Source: Squatina squatina (taxonomy: Eukaryota). Taken from it: a stretch of DNA of 64,000 nucleotides. Shown here in pieces: positions 26,528-36,609 of this stretch. The stretch lies in assembly GCA_031763465.1 (NCBI GenBank), contig JARFOE010000008.1:31115-95114 (forward strand), read 5' to 3'. Each line of letters begins with the position of its first letter. Position 1 is the stretch's first letter. The notes under the pieces were generated by a model. It saw only the letters and a list, made by a program, of their open reading frames with translations, searched no databases and had not been told where the DNA came from. The translations under genes and the position numbers were made by a program.

Positions 26528-26816
26528 GGTTTTTGTACAGCTCTCTCCGTGCTCTGTCTCACTGTGTGTCTGTAATCCCCACCATGTTCAGGTTTTTGTA
26601 CAGCTCTCTCCGTGCTCTGTATCACTGTGTGTCTGTAATCCCCACTTTGTCAGGTTTTTGTACGGCTCTCTCCGTGCTCTGTATCACTGTGTGTCTGTAA
26701 TCCCCACTTTGTCAGGTTTTTGTACAGCTCTCTCCGTGCTCTGTATCACTGTGTGTCTGTAATCTCCACCATGTTCAGGTTTTTGTACAGCTCTCTCCGT
26801 GCTTTGTATCACTGTG
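26528..26816 (-). repeat. Tandem array of five perfect 23-RSSs
   Basis: Heptamers (CACAGTG on minus) at 26810-16, 26747-53, 26685-91, 26623-29 and 26560-66. Nonamers (ACAAAAACC) at 26778-86, 26715-23, 26653-61, 26591-99 and 26528-36. All spacers are 23 nt; periods are 63, 62, 62, 63. Confidence 0.95.
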
Positions 26817-27122
26817 CTGCGCGCGGACTCAGTGCACAGTAGTACACAGCGGATTCACTCAGTTGTACTTTCGCGATGTTTAACCGGCTGATTTTCTCGG
26901 CAGGATCGATCGAAGCAGAAATTCGGCCCCCTGCAGCGTTTTCTTTATTCCCCTCTCCTGAAGTGTGTCTCTGTAGCAGGTATTTCGGAGCCTGCCCTGG
27001 GGACTGACGGTACCAGTGTACCGTGTACTGACAGAACCCTGAATATTCGCAGCTTAATGTAACGGTGTCACCGACAGCAGAGGTTTGTAGAGGCGGACTC
27101 TGGGACACCGAGAAACTAGAAT
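26817..27122 (-). CDS. NAR-TCR supporting-type TCR delta V exon V5 (extra Cys in CDR1)
   Basis: Acceptor ttttaatcctgcag, then (D)SSFSVSQSPPLQTSAVGDTVTLSCEYSGFCQYTVHWYRQ...ESAVYYCALSPRA. Open frame, non-canonical Cys in SGFCQY, no functional leader, and an in-frame J lies upstream. Confidence 0.88.
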
Positions 27123-27645
27123 CTGCAGGATTAAAATGGATACTATTATTACTTTAGCTGCTGTTTACCCGGAGTCACTTGCCAATCACAGGAACAGTTC
27201 TGCCCGTCGCGCTAATGCTGTTCGTCATTCGAAACTATAATCACTGTCGTGGCCATAAGAATCGGTGCGGGAGCGAGGGGCAGATGAGGAGATTTCTTTT
27301 ATGCGGCCAGTTGTTACGATCTGGAATTCACTGCCTGAAAAGATGGTGGAAGCAGATTCAATCTTAACTTTCAAAAGGGAAATTGGATCATTGATGGAAA
27401 AGGACACATTTACAGGGCCACCGGGAAAGAGCACGGGGCTGGGACCAATTGGACAGCACCTTCAAAGAGCCAGCACCTGCACGATGGGCCGAGTGACTTC
27501 CTTTTGTGCTGTGTGATGCTATAATTCCTGTTACTTTTCTGTTTCTACTATTCTTGATGGAATATAAATCAGCTGAAATATTTAAATAGTACATCCTCCT
27601 CCTCACTGACAGGATCAGATTACATTGATGTTTGACCAGAGTTAC

Positions 27646-27702
27646 CCGGCTGTGCTATCACACTGCGCACAGCAAGATGCAAAATAAAACAGTGAGATTC
27701 AT
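27646..27702 (-). pseudogene. Inactivated leader exon relic of V5
   Basis: ATG at 27702 reads MNLTVLFCILLCAV, then TGA TAG; donor gtaact at 27645. The 57-nt length gives phase 0, but the V exon needs phase 1. Confidence 0.75.
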
Positions 27703-27965
27703 GAGCACCGATTGAGCAAAGCTGAAACTGCAAATCTGTGGGTCAAATGTCAATATTTACTGCAGTTTATCAGTTCAAGAGAGCTGCTGTCTGCCTCCCG
27801 CTCCATTTGACTCTTTTCTTCCGTCAATTAGGCCCATTTTGCTCCATTTTTCTTTCATTTGAATTATTTCTAAACTTTATTTCTACATCTGGGTCGCTCA
27901 CTTTGTGCTGTTTGCGGTTTTTTGCCAGCCTGAGAACTTGTGCCAAAGTCTCTCAATTGTCGGTT

Positions 27966-28004
27966 GGTTTCAGTCTCTGTAATTTCCGCAACGGGTTCAC
28001 TGTG
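27966..28004 (-). other. Orphan 23-RSS-like element
   Basis: Minus strand: CACAGTG (28004-27998), 23 nt, ACTGAAACC (7/9 match to the nonamer). No intact gene segment adjacent. Confidence 0.4.
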
Positions 28005-29934
28005 ACTCACTGGGAACTGGCGGCTCTCTGACAATTTCAATTCCTTCAGCCGATTGGCTGATTCTGTCCCGTGTTCTCCGGGCGGAGTTTCCTCTGAGTT
28101 TCCTTGATACAGAAACTGCAGAACAGGAACAAGCCATTCGGCCCGACCGCTCTGTGCCGGTGTCAATACTCCACACGAGCCTCCTCCCACTCTAAATACC
28201 TCTTTCCACCCTGATCCCTGTGTCCCTCCATTCCATTCTACATCCGGTATTTTTCAAGCCTCCCTTAAATGCAGCAACGCTGTCTGCTTTAACCACTCCA
28301 CGTGGCAGCTAGTTCCACATTCTGACGCCTCTCTGTGTAAATACATTTTTCCTCATGTCTTTATTTGTTCTGTTAGTGACTATATTATATTTGTGGCCTC
28401 TTGCTCCGGACTCAACGGCAAATGGAAAAAGTTTCCCAACGCGCAGCCTACCGAACCCCTTCATGATTTTAATGACCTCCATCAGCTCTGTTCGTTATCT
28501 TGTCTTTTCCAAAGAAAAGAATCCCAGGCTGTTCAATCACTCCAGGAATGTGTGGATTGCTGCTGCTGTCTTTTCTCGGGCGTGTAAGGAAGCCAAAACG
28601 AAGAGAAGGGCCGGAGTCCAATCACAGCCCTTCCCTCCAGTAAATCTTACTGCACCGGTGTCGAAGTGTGCTTTGAACGGCCCACAGCGCGGTGTCTCCA
28701 CAACCTGCCTGGCCGGTGAAGTCCGTTATTTCTCTGCCTTTCAGTTAATTCATTTTTGCTGATTCTGAGTGGACATTTCTTCAGACTGTACATGTTCCCT
28801 CGGGTGTTCTTCTTCTCCTTTATAGGAATATTAGATCCTCACCCTCACTCGCTCACTGCCCTGCGTTGTTTCCATTAACATTAACCAGGGATAAAGTTGC
28901 ATTTCTGCAATCTGATCTCTCAAACATCAACATTAAATAATACATAGAATTACACCTGAATGTAGGGCACAGAAGCAGGCTATTCATCACAACTGGTCCA
29001 GGCCTGTGTTCCTGCTCCACACGAGCCTCCTCCCACTCCTACTTCATCTCAGCCCATCAATATAACCTGATATTTCTATCGACCTCACGCAATTATCCAG
29101 ATTCCCCTGAAATGCATCTGTGTTATTCGGCACAACTGCTCCTTGTGGCAGCGAGTTCCGCCTTCTCACCACTCTGGGTAAAGAAGTTCCTTTTCAATTC
29201 CCTAATTGATTGATTAGGAAATTTATAACAATATAAATAATATAGAAAAGTTCTTAGCTTTTACATTTCAATTTAATCGGGAATACGGAGGGAAAATGAT
29301 TGTTTATGTAAAGGCAATTGGAGTAAATATCGGATACGATACAACTAATTTCAGTTACTGATTGCCCAATGATGAAATGCGATCGAGACCTCCAAGCGCA
29401 TCTGTTGTACCTGAAGCCCATTGTACTCCCGTTTTTTCGGCTGCTGCAGGTATCAGAAGGGCCGCTGTCCTGTTGCGTTCAATCTCCCGGTCCCTAATTC
29501 ACACTACCCGCCTGCCCAGGAAGTAGCTCTGTGACCTCCTCCCCTGCTCACAGGGACAGGCAGAGCTCCCTCAGTCACAGTTAACACCGAGAGTGGAGGC
29601 CGGAGTTTCGACAATCTGTGGTCATTTAAAACTAACCGGATCGGAGCGTCCGGGATGTTCACCGGAGACCCGAGGTCCCGGTAAAACCAATGAAGGTCCA
29701 GATGGGGTCAAAACCCCCAGCCTGATTTCTCCGTGGTGGTCTCGCACCTCCTCTCTCCGGACTCACACACGGAACCGCTCCCGGTTCATATTGATTAATC
29801 TAAAACTACATTAGAAAATTTCCATGAGAAAACCGCTCGATTTTACTCCGAAGGTGATATTGATCACAATACTGAACTGATGGTGAATATTGATGGGGTC
29901 AGCCTGCAACTCATCGGGGTTTGGAGTCACTTAC

Positions 29935-29987
29935 CGGCTGTCACTGTCACCACCGTCCCGGATCCATCCTCATAGTAAGTCGCCCAC
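29935..29987 (-). CDS. IgNAR-like (NAR-TCR) J segment
   Basis: 53 nt reading g-WATYYEDGSGTVVTVTA-g, then donor gtaagt. It has D-G-x-G-T in place of F/W-G-x-G, as in VNAR FR4. Confidence 0.9.
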
Positions 29988-30026
29988 CACAGTGACACCG
30001 CTCTCAGTCACCCCGGTACAAAAACC
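29988..30026 (-). other. 23-RSS 5' of the J segment
   Basis: Minus strand: GGTTTTTGT (30026-30018), 23 nt, CACTGTG (29994-29988). Perfect consensus. Confidence 0.93.
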
Positions 30027-30248
30027 ACCGACACCTCAAACTGCCGTCCGCTCATCACCAGACAGCTGGCGCGGTCCAATTATTCCCGGGATCAATAAAC
30101 AATATTCCATGTTCCACAGTCCCCGTCGGTTCAAACTGTTCTTTGTGANNNNNNNNNNNNNNNNNNNNNNNNNNNNNNNNNNNNNNNNNNNNNNNNNNNN
30201 NNNNNNNNNNNNNNNNNNNNNNNNNNNNNNNNNNNNNNNNNNNNNNNN

Positions 30249-33170
30249 CCTGTCTCTGTTTATATTACATGAGAGAATATCTCTGTTTATATGACTCTGG
30301 ATCCTGTCTCTGTTTATATTACACTAGACCCTGTCTCTGTTTATATTACACTAGACTCTGTCTCTGATTGTATTACACTAGACCCTGTCTCTGATTATAC
30401 TACACTTGACCCTGTCTCTGGTTGTATTACACAAGACCCTGTATCTGTTTATATTGCACTGGACGCTGTCTCTATTTTATTGCACTGGACCCTGTCTCTG
30501 GTTTTATTACACAATACCCTGTTTCTGTTTATATTACACTGGACTGTGTCTCTGGTTGTATTACACTAGACCCTGTCTCTGTTTATATTGCACTAGGCTC
30601 TGTCTCTGGTTGTATTACACTAGACCCTGTCTCTGTTTATATTACACTGGACGCTGTCTCTGTTTACATTGCACAAGACCCTGTCTCTGGTTGTATGACA
30701 CAAGACCCTGTGTATGTTTATATTACATGAGACAATATCTCTGTTTATATGACTCTGGACCCTGTCTCTGTTTCTATTACACAAGACCCTACCTCTATTT
30801 ATATCACACGAGACTTTGTGTCTGTTTATATGAGACATGACCCTGTGTCTGCTTATATTACACTAGACCCTGTCTCTGGTTTTATAACACAAGACCCTGT
30901 GTCTGTTTTAATTACAGAATACTTTGTGTCTGTTTATATTACACAAGACCCTGTCTCTGTTTATATCACACAAGACTTTGTGTCTGGTTATTTTACCCAA
31001 GATCCTGTGTCTGTTTATATTACACAAGACCCTGTCTCTGTTTCTATTACACAAGACCTTTCTCTGATTGTATTACATGAGACAATATCTCTGTTTATAT
31101 TGCACTGGACCCTATCTCTGTTTATATTACACTGGACCCTGTGTCTATTTATATTACACTAGACTTTGTGTCTGTGTTTATTACACTAGAACCTGTCTCT
31201 GGTTGTATTACATAAGACCCTGTCTCTGTTTATATTACACAAGACTCTGTCTCTGGTTGTATTACATTAAACCCTGTCTCTGATTATACTACACTGGACC
31301 CTGTCTCTGTTTATATTGCACAAGACCCTGTCTCTGGTTGTATTACACAAGACCCTGTGTCTGTTTATATTACATGAGACAATATCTCTCTTTATATTAC
31401 ACTGGACCCTGTCTCTGGTTGTATTACATGAGACAATATCTCTGTTTATATTACACTGGACCCTGTCTCTACTTATATTACACGAGACTTTGTGTCTGTT
31501 TATATTGCACAAGACCCTTTGTCTGTGTATATTATACTAGACCCTGTCTCTGTTTATATTACACTGGACCCTGTCTCTGGTTGTATTACACTAGACCCTG
31601 TGTCTGTTTATATTACACTGGACCCTGTCTCTGTTTATATTATACAAGACTCTGACTCTGGTTGTATTACACAAGACCCTGTGTCTGTTTATACTACACT
31701 AGACCCTGTGTCTGTTTATATTACACTAGACTCTGTCTCTGGTTGTATTACACTAGTCCCTGTCTCTGTTTATACTACACTGGACCCTGTCTCTGTTTAT
31801 ATTACACAAGACTCTGTCTCTGGTTGTACTACACAAGACCCTGTGTCTGTTTATATTACATGAGACAATATCTCTGTTTATATGACTCTGGATCCTGTCT
31901 CTGTTTATATTACACTGGACCCTGTCTCTTTTTATATTACACGAGGGCCTGTGTCTGTTTATATTACACTAGACCCTGTCTCTGTTTGTATTACACTTGC
32001 CCCTGTCTCTGTTTGTATTACACTGGACCCTGTCTCGATTTATATTACACTGGACCCTGTCTCTGGTTGTATTACACAAGACACTGTGTCTGTTTATATC
32101 ACATGACAGAATATCTCTGTTTATATGATTGTGGAACCTGTGTCTGTTGATATTACACTGGTCCCTGTCTCCATTTATATCACACGAGATCCTGCCTCTG
32201 TTTATACTACACTGGACCCTGTCTCTGTTTATATTACACTGGACCCTGTCTCTGGTTGTATTATACAAGACACTGTGTCTGTTTATATTACATGAGACAA
32301 TATCTCTGTTTATATGAATCTGGACTCTGTCTCTGTTGATATTACACAGGACCCTGTCTCTATTTATATCACACGAGACCCTGTCTCTGTTTATACTACA
32401 CTGGACCCTGTCTCTGTTCATATTACACTAGACCCTGTCTCTGTTTATAATTCACAAGACCCTGTCTCTGTTTGTATGACACTAGACTTTGTGTCTGTTT
32501 ATATTACACAAGACCCTGGCACTGTTTATATTACATGAGACCCTGTCTCTGTTTATATTACACGAGACCCTGTCTCTGTTTATATTACATGAGACCCTGT
32601 CTCTGTTTATATTACACAAGACCCTGTCTCTGTTTATATTACATGAGACCCTGTCTCTGTTTATATTACACAAGACCCTGTGTCTGTTTATATTACATGA
32701 GACAATATCTCTGTTTATTTGAATCTGGACGCTGTCTCTGTTGATGTTACACAGGACGCTGTCTCTATTTATATCACACGAGATCCTGTCTCTGTTTATA
32801 CTACACTGGACCCTGTCTCTGTTCATATTACACTAGACCCTGTCTCTGTTTATATTACACAAGACCCTGTCTCTGTTTATATGACACTAGACTTTGTGTC
32901 TGTTTATATTACACAAGACCCTGTCTCTGTTTATATTACATGAGACCCTGTCTCTGTTTATATTACACAAGACCTTGTCTCTGTTTATATTACACTGGAC
33001 CCTGTCTCTGGTTGTATTACACTGGACCCTGTCTCTATTTATATCACACTAGAATTTGTGTCTGTCTATAATACACTACACCCTGTGTCTGTTTATATTA
33101 CATGAGACAATATATCTGTTTATATTACACAAGAACCTGTCTCTGGTTGTATTACACTAGACCCTGTCTT
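30249..33170. repeat. 27-bp satellite, reverse orientation
   Basis: (CCCTGTCTCTGTTTATATTACACTAGA)n, the reverse complement of the unit at 8508-12779. Confidence 0.95.
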
Positions 33171-33371
33171 GCTATGAATGCTAACATACCATTTGCTTTC
33201 TTCACTGCCTGCTGTACCTGCATGCCTACTTTCAATGACTGGTGTACAATGACACCCAGGTCTCGTTGCACNNNNNNNNNNNNNNNNNNNNNNNNNNNNN
33301 NNNNNNNNNNNNNNNNNNNNNNNNNNNNNNNNNNNNNNNNNNNNNNNNNNNNNNNNNNNNNNNNNNNNNNN

Positions 33372-33906
33372 ATCTCACTGAACACAAGCATGTTCACACT
33401 GTGAAAGACCCTTCGTCTGCTCTGTGTGTGGGAAAGGATTCAGTAAATCATCTCACCATCTGAGACATCAGTCTGTTCACACGGAGGAGAGGTCATTCAG
33501 CTGCTCTGTTTGTGGGAAGGGATTCGCATGATCATGGAGTCTCACTGAACACCAGCGCACTCACACCGAGGAGAGGTCGTTCACCTGCTCTGTGTGTGGG
33601 AAGGGATTCACTTCTTCATCCCACCTCACTGCACACCAACTTGTTCACAGTGATAAGAGACCTTTTAAATGTTCTGACTGTGAGATGAGTTGTAAAAGCA
33701 AAAGTGACCTGCTGAAACACCAACGCACTCACACTGGGGAGAGATCATTCACCTGCACTATCTGTGGGAAGGGTTTCACTCGGTCATTCAGCCTCCGGAA
33801 ACACAAGCGAGTTCACAGTGGGGAGAGACTGTTCCCCTGCTCTGTATGTGGGAAGGGATTCACTCAGTCATCCAGCCTGCTGAGGCACCAGCGAGTTCAC
33901 AAGTGA
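33372..33906 (+). pseudogene. C2H2 zinc-finger gene 3' part with an internal stop
   Basis: About 6 fingers ending HK-TGA at 33906, with an in-frame TGA at 33529-33531. The 5' part is in a gap. Confidence 0.75.
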
Positions 33907-35039
33907 CTGCAGGGGTTGGATTCTGCTGCTATTGCTGCTGTTAATTACATCCGGGACTGAACCATGTTCATTTTTACAGTTTATTTCTGCTGATGTCAAT
34001 AACCCCTGTGACTTGGCTGGAGTTTAATATTCTGGATATCTGTCAAATAAATCAGCTTTGCATTAAACGCACAGTGTGTCGAGTCCTTGAAGTCTGTACA
34101 ATAAAATGAGACTAATTGATGTCCTGTTACCGACTGCTCCATTTTTGGGCAATTTCTCCTTTTCTACTCTAGATTACTTCAGCTCTCAGACCTTTGGTTA
34201 CTCTCATGGACAAGTCCCAGCTCTCCATACTTTCCAGATTGCCTCTCCTAGCCTTGGTATCCAGGGAGGGTATCGGTGACACGCCCGGGATCATTAACTA
34301 CAGAATCCAGACTGTTGATCACTTTCAGCTACTGTGCTTAGCTTGTGCCCCACAGCATCCCTCTTACCTTCGATCTGTGAATAGAACATTATGTCTGCAA
34401 ACCTTTAAACTGCACTTGAATCCACTCAACAAATGCATTTAACATCACGTCAAATAATGGGCAAAAAGCCAGAGGAGAGATGGAGACATTATTTTATTCA
34501 GCGAGTTGTTTTGACCTAGAACGCACTGCCTGAAAGAGTGGTGGAAGCAGATTCAACCNNNNNNNNNNNNNNNNNNNNNNNNNNNNNNNNNNNNNNNNNN
34601 NNNNNNNNNNNNNNNNNNNNNNNNNNNNNNNNNNNNNNNNNNNNNNNNNNNNNNNNNNCTGCAGGGATTGGATTCTGCCTATTTTCTATGTTATTGCTGC
34701 TGTTAATCACATCCAGGACTAAACTAAGTTCATTCTGATAGTTAGGGTTTGTTTCTGCTGATGTTAATAACCCTATAACTAGGCTAGAGTTCAATATTTT
34801 GTGTAAATGTAAATTGTATCTGCTTTCTTTTAAATACCTTGTCCTTGATATCTTAATGGTAAGACGAGCTGATTGAAGACTTGTTATGAAGTGAATCCAT
34901 CTTGGAAATGTGTTACAAGAACAGGGTGCCTGTAGTAAAACAGGGGAACTGGAGGCAATAATATGTTGTGAGGAACCCGATATAATAGGGATTACTGAGT
35001 CATGGCTACAGGAATGCAAAGAGGGACTATGAAATTAAA

Positions 35040-36321
35040 TTATCAAGAAACATAAAACAAAATAATAAAATATTCTGCAGACACATAAATAAAAAAAGGA
35101 AAGTTGCAGTGGGAATAGGCCACTAAGGGATGGACAGGATAAAATCACAAACAGCGATAACAAAAAGACAGAAATATTAAATAATTACTTTTACTTCAGT
35201 ATTTACTATGGAGACAGATCAGGCGGGCATGACATTGGAAGATGAAATTAGAAATGATATAAACGCATTTAAAATACAAAGAGGTTGAAATATTGAATAG
35301 ATTAATCAAACTCAAAGGATAAAACCCCTGGTCTAGACAGATTTCTTCTGTGCATCTCCAAAGAATCTGGAGAAGAGATAGCAGAGGCACTGTTACACAT
35401 ACTTAATAATTCTTTACAAAAAGTTGTAGTGCCAGAGGACTGGTGGATAGTTAACATAATACCTAGAGACAGAACATGTCCAAGGAACTACAGACCAGTC
35501 AGGATAACATTGGCTGTAGAAAAAAATAATAGAATCCAAAGGAGAATATAGAAAAACATCTAGAAACCAAAAATATAATAATGAATAGTCAGCATAGATT
35601 TCAAAAGGGAAAGTCTTGCTTGACCAACCTCATTGAATGTTTTGAATAGGTGACAAAGAGAATAGACAAGGGCAATACAGTAGATGTTATTTTTCTAGAT
35701 TTTCAAAAGACCTTCGATAAGGTAGCACATAATAGACTAATGAATAAGGTCAGCGAATGTGGAGTCAGGGGACAAATAACATACAAGTAGCTGGCTTCAA
35801 GACAGAAAGCAGAGAGTGGGGGTAAAAGGTAGCTCGTGACAGAAGGTGGGTAGTGGTATTCCACAAGGATCAGTGCTGGGACCACTGTTGTTTATATTAA
35901 CGTATTACACCAAATTGAGGAGGACTGCAACAAATTACAGGAAGATATTAATAAACTTACAGAATGGACATATAATTGGCAAATGAAATTCAACACAGAT
36001 AGGGAGGTCACTTATTACTTGGAGGGTGCGAGTCTGGGTGGGGTGGAGGGACAAAGCGATCTCGGAGAACAAATCCACAAATCACTAAAAGTTGCGACAC
36101 AGGTTAACAAGGTTATAAAAAAGGCAAAACAGGCACTCGGGTTTATTTCCAGAGGGATAGAGTTGAAAAGCAGTGAAGTTATGCTAAACTTGTATCACCC
36201 TTGGTTAGATCACACTAAGATTACTGCGTACAGTTCTGGTCACCATATTATAAAAAGAATATCGAGGCACTGGAGAGGGTGCAGAGAAGATTTACAAGGA
36301 TGATACCAGAAATGCGAGGGT
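35040..36321 (+). mobile_element. Degenerate CR1 LINE ORF2
   Basis: Matches NYRPV / SQH.F.KGKSCLTNLIE.F / FQKTFDKV / GIPQGSVLGPLLF / LGFISRGIE, with frameshifts. Confidence 0.85.
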
Positions 36322-36609
36322 NNNNNNNNNNNNNNNNNNNNNNNNNNNNNNNNNNNNNNNNNNNNNNNNNNNNNNNNNNNNNNNNNNNNNNNNNNNNNNN
36401 NNNNNNNNNNNNNNNNNNNNNCGGGGGATAAAAACAATGGCTTCGGTCTCCCCAATGTTCAATTGGAGAAAATTTCTGCTCATCCAGAACTGGATATCGC
36501 ACAAGCAGTCTGACAATTTAAAGATGGGAGGGTTCGAGAGAGGTGGTAGTGAGGAAGAGCCGGCTGTCATCAGCATACCATGGGGAAACTGATGTGTGAT
36601 TTCATGATC

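Noticed and set aside
26528-26816. CRISPR-like repeat-spacer appearance of the 62/63-bp array
   Set aside because: The linkers are near-identical rather than unique spacers, there are no cas genes, the DNA is vertebrate, and the repeat is exactly an RSS.
28646-28710. Possible second J segment (CACAGCG, FDTGA, gtaag on the minus strand)
   Set aside because: No nonamer at 12 or 23 nt, no GxG motif, and wrong length and splice phase.
30115-30148. Possible D-segment RSS upstream of the J (CACAGTC)
   Set aside because: No acceptable nonamer at 12 nt, and the contig ends at the gap.
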